Assembly: GCA_964612725.1 (NCBI GenBank)
Contig: CAZTFG010000003.1
Coordinates: 283-64,282 of the forward strand
Direction: 5' to 3'
DNA length: 64,000 nt
DNA from: an uncultured Lishizhenia sp.
GTDB lineage: Bacteria; Bacteroidota; Bacteroidia; Flavobacteriales_D; Crocinitomicaceae
The notes under the pieces are model-generated. The model was not told where the DNA came from. It searched no databases and saw only the letters and a list, made by a program, of their open reading frames with translations. Below are positions 59,596 through 64,000 of this stretch, piece after piece. Within the stretch, counting starts at the first letter, position 1. Every line of letters starts with the position of its first letter. The position numbers and the translations under genes are program-made.

Positions 59596-60531
59596 GTGTC
59601 ATACGGAGTAAAATTATTTTCTGGTAGAGCGTCTGAGAAATTGGCGCTTGAAATTGCAAAATCATATGGTGCAGGCCTTGGTGATGTAAAAGTGACTGTA
59701 TTTAGTGATGGAGAATTCCAACCTTCTTTTGAGGAAACCGTGCGTGGTCAAGATGTGTTTTTAATACAATCTACCATGCCACCAAGTGATAATCTTTTTG
59801 AGTTATTGTTACTTGTGGATGCCGCACGAAGAGCTTCTGCTCGAAAAATAATTGCGGTGATTCCTTATTTTGGATTTGCTCGTCAAGATCGAAAAGACAA
59901 ACCACGAGTAGCAATTGGAGCTAAATTGGTGGCAAACATGTTAATGGCTGCTGGTGTTGACCGAGTTATGACAATGGATTTGCATGCGGATCAAATTCAA
60001 GGTTTTTTTGAGGTTCCGGTTGATCATCTTTTCGCATCTACGTTATTTTTGAAAGAATTAGAAAAACTAGATTTGGATAATATTGTGATGGCTGCACCTG
60101 ATGTGGGTGGTGCTAAACGGGCAAATTCATATGCTAAAAAACTAAATACAGGTCTTGCCCTTTGTCACAAAAACAGAAAAAAAGCAAATGAAATTGCTGA
60201 AATGACGGTTATTGGTGATGTGGAAGGAAAAGATGTTGTGATTATTGATGACATGTGTGATACAGCGGGAACATTAACAACTGCTGCTGATCTATTCATT
60301 TCAAAAGGTGCTAAAAGTGTACGTGCATTTTGTACGCATGCTGTTCTTTCTGGTCCTGCTTACGATAGGATTAATAAATCTAAGTTAACTGAATTGGTTG
60401 TTACTGACACAATTCCTTTATCACAAACGAGTGATAAAATCAGAGTTGTATCGGTTTCAGATTTATTCGCTGATGTAATTAAACGATTAATTAATAACGA
60501 ATCCATTTCATCTCATTTTGTAATATCTTAA
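59596..60531 (+). CDS. prs: Ribose-phosphate pyrophosphokinase
   Basis: The GTG start at 59596 gives about 311 aa beginning '(M)SYGVKLFSGRAS'. Motifs: 'IPYFGFARQDRK', 'DLHADQIQGFF', 'VVIIDDMCDTAGT'. The track ORF start at 59389 lies inside the permease gene and adds non-Prs sequence. Confidence 0.93.
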   Translation: MSYGVKLFSGRASEKLALEIAKSYGAGLGDVKVTVFSDGEFQPSFEETVRGQDVFLIQSTMPPSDNLFELLLLVDAARRASARKIIAVIPYFGFARQDRKDKPRVAIGAKLVANMLMAAGVDRVMTMDLHADQIQGFFEVPVDHLFASTLFLKELEKLDLDNIVMAAPDVGGAKRANSYAKKLNTGLALCHKNRKKANEIAEMTVIGDVEGKDVVIIDDMCDTAGTLTTAADLFISKGAKSVRAFCTHAVLSGPAYDRINKSKLTELVVTDTIPLSQTSDKIRVVSVSDLFADVIKRLINNESISSHFVIS

Positions 60532-60542
60532 ATAAATAAATA

Positions 60543-61136
60543 ATGAAAACAGCACAGTTGAGCGGTTCACTCCGAGTGAACGTAGGGAAAAAGGATGCTA
60601 CTGCACTGAGAAATGCAGGTAGAGTTCCTTGTGTGCTTTACGGTACGGGTGAGCAAACCCACTTTCACGTAAAGTTGAACGACATTGAAAAAATCGTTTT
60701 ATCTCCAGAAGTTTATCAAGTTGAACTTGATGTTGAAGGAAAAAAAGCACGTGGAATTATCCGTGAATTACAACAACACCCAGTTACTGATCGTATTAGA
60801 CACGTTGATTTTCTTGAAATCACAGATTCTAAACCTGTAACAGTTGGATTACCAGTTAGATTAACAGGATCTTCTCGTGGTGTTATGGCCGGTGGTCGTT
60901 TAATGCAAGTATTTAGAAGACTTCGTTGTACTGGTTTAGCTCAAGATTTACCAGATGCAATTACATTGGACATTTCTAAATTACGTATTGGACATTCAAT
61001 TCGTGTGAAAGCAATTGATATTCCAGGTGTAACTTTCCTTGATCCAGCAAATGCAGTTGTAGTTTCTGTGAAAATGGCTCGTGGAGCTGTTAAAGGAGCT
61101 GATGCAGATGATGATGAAGAAGAGGAAGAAGCATAA
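60543..61136 (+). CDS. rplY: 50S ribosomal protein L25 / general stress protein Ctc
   Basis: 197 aa. 'GKKDATALRNAGRVPCVLYG', 'RHVDFLEI', and an acidic tail 'DADDDEEEEEA'. It sits immediately downstream of prs. Confidence 0.92.
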   Translation: MKTAQLSGSLRVNVGKKDATALRNAGRVPCVLYGTGEQTHFHVKLNDIEKIVLSPEVYQVELDVEGKKARGIIRELQQHPVTDRIRHVDFLEITDSKPVTVGLPVRLTGSSRGVMAGGRLMQVFRRLRCTGLAQDLPDAITLDISKLRIGHSIRVKAIDIPGVTFLDPANAVVVSVKMARGAVKGADADDDEEEEEA

Positions 61137-61157
61137 GAATTTCTTTAATTTCTTTAT

Positions 61158-61184
61158 AAAGTCGCTTTCGGGCGACTTTTTTGT
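61158..61184 (+). terminator. Rho-independent terminator, probably bidirectional
   Basis: aaagtcgc-tttcgg-gcgacttt hairpin followed by TTTTGTTTT. It lies between the convergent rplY and decarboxylase genes. Confidence 0.78.
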
Positions 61185-61185
61185 T

Positions 61186-62424
61186 TTAAGTAAATGCTGA
61201 AAATCGATCGGAAAGCACCGTTAACGTTTCATTTGCTTTATCTACACCAATTACTTTAGGGATTGTTCGAGAACAATGTCGTGACCACAATCCGATGGAA
61301 TTAGACCCTGTATTTATTAACCCTAACCAATCACCAGCCGAAGGGAGATGCAATGCTTGGTCCTTTGCTACATAATCTCCTGCAAAACAAAGGGGGCCTG
61401 CAATATCAACGATTGCCATAGCATCCGTTTTTATTTCGCCTTTAGAATTATATGTAATGAATGAAATCCCACGTGGTTTGACGTATGCATCTCGCATTAA
61501 ATAATCTGCTCCTAAGTGAATGAAAATCAAATCCTTATTTCCTCTTTTCAAAGCGTATTCAACCCGTGAAAAGGCATAGCCGGTGTAAAAATAACACCAT
61601 TGACCAAATTCAGTAATTATCTTAAAGTCTACTATTCTAGGGCATGCAGTAATAATTCCTGATGCATATTCTTGCATTCTTGATGGTTCTGCATTATTAA
61701 ATTGTTCAGGCGGCAATCCACCACCAATATCAAGCGTGGTAATTTTTCTTTTTACATTTTTTAACCTCAACAATTCATTCGCCTCAACTGCTAATTCAAC
61801 AAGGATGTTAATAGCTTCAATAGATGCATCTAATGATGACATATGACTACCGGCATGAACATGTAATTGAGTAACAGGATAATCCACTATGGCTTCTAGA
61901 ATTTTTTCTCTTTCAACAATTGGTACGCCAAACTTGGATTCATCGCTACTAACATGATAAATATCTGGGGCTCCAGTTTCTACCATAGGATTAATTCGAA
62001 TACCTACAGTAAAACTTGGATTTTGGGGAATTCTATCTAACTCTTCTAAACTATTTACATTTAAAATTATTCCAGGGAAATGAGTGTGGCAAAAATTGAT
62101 TTCTTGTTGCGTTTTTACAGGCGAATCAAACACGATGTTAGTATAAGGCGCACCGGCATCCACAGCAAGCTGAACTTCTTCAATTGATGCGGCTTCTAAA
62201 CCAAAACCAAATGCGACAATTTTTTCAAGTACTTTGGGTTGTGGATTAGTTTTAACAGCAATGGCATGGAGTGAATTAGGTGGAAAAACACTTTTCAAAT
62301 GTGTTAAATAAACCTCCAATTGATTCCATGATTGAACAATTACCGCAGTATCTTCTTCTGCTATAAGACCAACCTTCAAAGCATTGATTAGGGCCCAATT
62401 TGCCTCTCGTTCAAGGGGAGTCAT
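61186..62424 (-). CDS. Fold-type III PLP-dependent decarboxylase (Orn/Lys/Arg/DAP decarboxylase family 2), substrate unknown
   Basis: PLP-lysine 'HAIAVKTNP', 'SKFGV', 'HVHAGS', 'LDIGGGLP', 'EFGQ', and the catalytic Cys loop 'GPLCFAGD'. The ATG at 62424 overlaps the upstream stop by 1 nt (TGATG). An alternative TTG lies at 62427. Confidence 0.8.
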   Translation of the reverse strand: MTPLEREANWALINALKVGLIAEEDTAVIVQSWNQLEVYLTHLKSVFPPNSLHAIAVKTNPQPKVLEKIVAFGFGLEAASIEEVQLAVDAGAPYTNIVFDSPVKTQQEINFCHTHFPGIILNVNSLEELDRIPQNPSFTVGIRINPMVETGAPDIYHVSSDESKFGVPIVEREKILEAIVDYPVTQLHVHAGSHMSSLDASIEAINILVELAVEANELLRLKNVKRKITTLDIGGGLPPEQFNNAEPSRMQEYASGIITACPRIVDFKIITEFGQWCYFYTGYAFSRVEYALKRGNKDLIFIHLGADYLMRDAYVKPRGISFITYNSKGEIKTDAMAIVDIAGPLCFAGDYVAKDQALHLPSAGDWLGLINTGSNSIGLWSRHCSRTIPKVIGVDKANETLTVLSDRFSAFT

Positions 62425-63815
62425 CAAAACAATTTACTTACTGTTTCCTCAATGATTTCAATCATTCTCAAGTCATTTTTTGGTTCAAATCGTCGATTTA
62501 ATAATTGTCTTCTCACCGAATATGAACCAATAGCTAAACGTATGAAGGATCGATCACCATATTGTACGGGTTGTCCTAAAAAAACGCGATTAAATCCATC
62601 TAACCCACTATGTTCAGATAAAACGAGATCATCAAACAATTTTTTTAATTCAGTATGATTTAACGCCACGCCATTGGCAAGTACCATAAAAGAAACGATA
62701 CTATCATTTGTAAGCTCCATATTAGGCATAAGCTGAAAGGTATCGCTTTGGGCCAATCTTCCAGTCACCACTTGATTCCATCTGCGGATGAGTGCATTAG
62801 ATTCATGTTGAGGAAAAGACATATAGGCCTCCATTTCACGCAGTGCAACTTCCCAACGAAGTCTGAGACCTACATTTTTAAAGGGAATTAAATGTTGTTG
62901 AATATTTTGAAGTGAATTCGGAAAATCAAAGGCAGAAAATAGCCTTGAAAAATGCACAGCCGATTCACCAGACACAATCGCTAATTTTCCGGTCCATTCA
63001 TGAGGTACAAGGAGTGCTCCGCAAAATGGGGGAGCTTGATAAAATTTCGATCCAGTAACCATTATCATAACCCCTTTGCTGATGAGCTCATGAATCAATT
63101 TTCGATCCGTTCGAAACTGGCACATGTCTACAACCCACATAATTTCTGGGAAATCGTCTATGATTTGCAAATCATCTTTAATGCCTGATTTGCTTCCAAA
63201 TACCAGATTACCAATAATAGGTTCCCCTGGATTTTCTTCAATAATGGTTCTAATAGCTTTGTTTCTATTGGCAATATGACCACTGTCTTCTCTTGCAGCA
63301 AGGTAAAATACTTTAGAAGTTATTTTATCCGAAATCACCTCTCCGAAAGGGATACGTTCACCAAATTGATTCCAATCAGAATAGTAGCAAAATTCTGCCG
63401 CCAATTTTGAACCAGAACCCAATTCTTCTGGGCAAGAAACTATATTAATTATCGGTTTCCCTGGTTTTAACATGGATTGAAAAAGCAACGGTAAATACAT
63501 CATATCACTTCCACTTGGTCCGTAATATACATCAAATTGAATATCCGTACTTTTCAATAATTCTTGTAGCCTTGCCGTTTGATCCTTTACGATGGATTCA
63601 AATTTATTTTCTTCATAATTACTCACAAATTCTGAAGCAACCTCATATCCGAAAGGAGTTAGAGTGCCGCATGTACATGACCCACGAGTAAACAAGCCTT
63701 CAAAATGTAAAGGATGTAAGTTGTATTTATTGGCGTTGGTATCTGGTTTAAGAAAAATACGTTCATCACATCCTGACGTAACGATATCAAGCAACTGAGT
63801 TGAGTTTACCTCCAT
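62424..63815 (-). CDS. Unassigned protein with fold-type I (class V aminotransferase/desulfurase-like) PLP-enzyme features
   Basis: 463 aa. 'YYGPSGSDMMYLPL', 'VVDMCQ' (Asp before the cofactor ring, as in 'DAAQ'), and 'VTGSKFYQAPPFCGALLVP' (compare 'SGHK..GP.G.G.L'). This is a by-eye comparison only. I cannot name the family. Confidence 0.45.
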   Translation of the reverse strand: MEVNSTQLLDIVTSGCDERIFLKPDTNANKYNLHPLHFEGLFTRGSCTCGTLTPFGYEVASEFVSNYEENKFESIVKDQTARLQELLKSTDIQFDVYYGPSGSDMMYLPLLFQSMLKPGKPIINIVSCPEELGSGSKLAAEFCYYSDWNQFGERIPFGEVISDKITSKVFYLAAREDSGHIANRNKAIRTIIEENPGEPIIGNLVFGSKSGIKDDLQIIDDFPEIMWVVDMCQFRTDRKLIHELISKGVMIMVTGSKFYQAPPFCGALLVPHEWTGKLAIVSGESAVHFSRLFSAFDFPNSLQNIQQHLIPFKNVGLRLRWEVALREMEAYMSFPQHESNALIRRWNQVVTGRLAQSDTFQLMPNMELTNDSIVSFMVLANGVALNHTELKKLFDDLVLSEHSGLDGFNRVFLGQPVQYGDRSFIRLAIGSYSVRRQLLNRRFEPKNDLRMIEIIEETVSKLF

Positions 63816-63824
63816 GATTTGGTT

Positions 63825-64000
63825 TTATAACTTTCGATAAAAACGTTTTTTTTCATTTGTTCTTTTACATTGCAAAGTTAACCAACAATAATGAGTATCA
63901 TGAACTAATTCACATTGAGAATCTTGAAGTTTTACAATCCAATCTGTTGAAACCTCATAATCTGCGGAAAATTCAAATTCACCGGATAGATAATAGCGTG
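63825..64000 (-). CDS. 3' end of an unrecognised protein-coding gene (5' part lies outside the window)
   Basis: The frame is open from the window edge: '...RYYLSGEFEFSADYEVSTDWIVKLQDSQCELVHDTHYCWLTLQCKRTNEKKRFYRKL*'. The stop at 63825-63827 is 9 nt before the next start. It is absent from the ORF track because no start lies in the window. Confidence 0.4.
   Translation of the reverse strand, partial: RYYLSGEFEFSADYEVSTDWIVKLQDSQCELVHDTHYCWLTLQCKRTNEKKRFYRKL

Overview
This is an AT-rich, densely coding chromosomal segment with about 55 CDS. It looks like a Bacteroidota genome, probably Flavobacteriia-like. The evidence is the T9SS translocon gene sprA directly after ruvA, four secreted proteins with T9SS C-terminal sorting domains, TAnnTTTG-type -7 promoter boxes, no Shine-Dalgarno signals, and many 1-4 nt gene overlaps.

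I recognised no rRNA, tRNA, CRISPR array, transposase, integrase or phage gene. No intergenic gap exceeds about 180 nt.

Contents, left to right:
- maeB (5' truncated), ruvA, sprA and a GNAT acetyltransferase.
- A minus-strand block: sensor kinase, response regulator, Wzx-like flippase, Wzz-like protein, O-antigen-ligase-family protein and a small membrane protein.
- A beta-oxidation set: MarR, 3-hydroxyacyl-CoA dehydrogenase/enoyl-CoA hydratase, DedA and thiolase.
- A type-B T9SS cargo, a CrtD-like desaturase, an LptF/G-family permease, GT4 and a membrane GT2.
- EamA, a SUFU-like protein, YqaA and a type-A T9SS cargo.
- An overlapping aminotransferase/omega-amidase pair, an M20 peptidase, a DUF4924-like protein, OmpH and gdhA.
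- An OmpA-family protein, a GH3-family protein, ComEC, ruvX and an alpha/beta hydrolase.
- A co-directional run: PKD/T9SS cargo, AIM24-family protein, lipoprotein, two paralogous secreted proteins and an LTD-CotH-T9SS protein.
- etfBA, a bifunctional nuclease, a nucleoside permease, prs and L25/Ctc.
- At the right edge, a minus-strand operon with a fold-type III PLP decarboxylase, an unassigned PLP-like protein and a truncated unknown gene.

I did not find a clear-cut novel system such as a defence island or mobile element. The best candidates for follow-up are:
1. The cryptic two-PLP-enzyme operon at 61.2-64.0 kb.
2. The AIM24-to-CotH secreted-protein run at 47.3-55.2 kb.
3. The two-component system coupled to Wzx/Wzz/ligase genes with no glycosyltransferases, at 10.1-16.7 kb.

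All family assignments come from reading motifs by eye, not from database searches.
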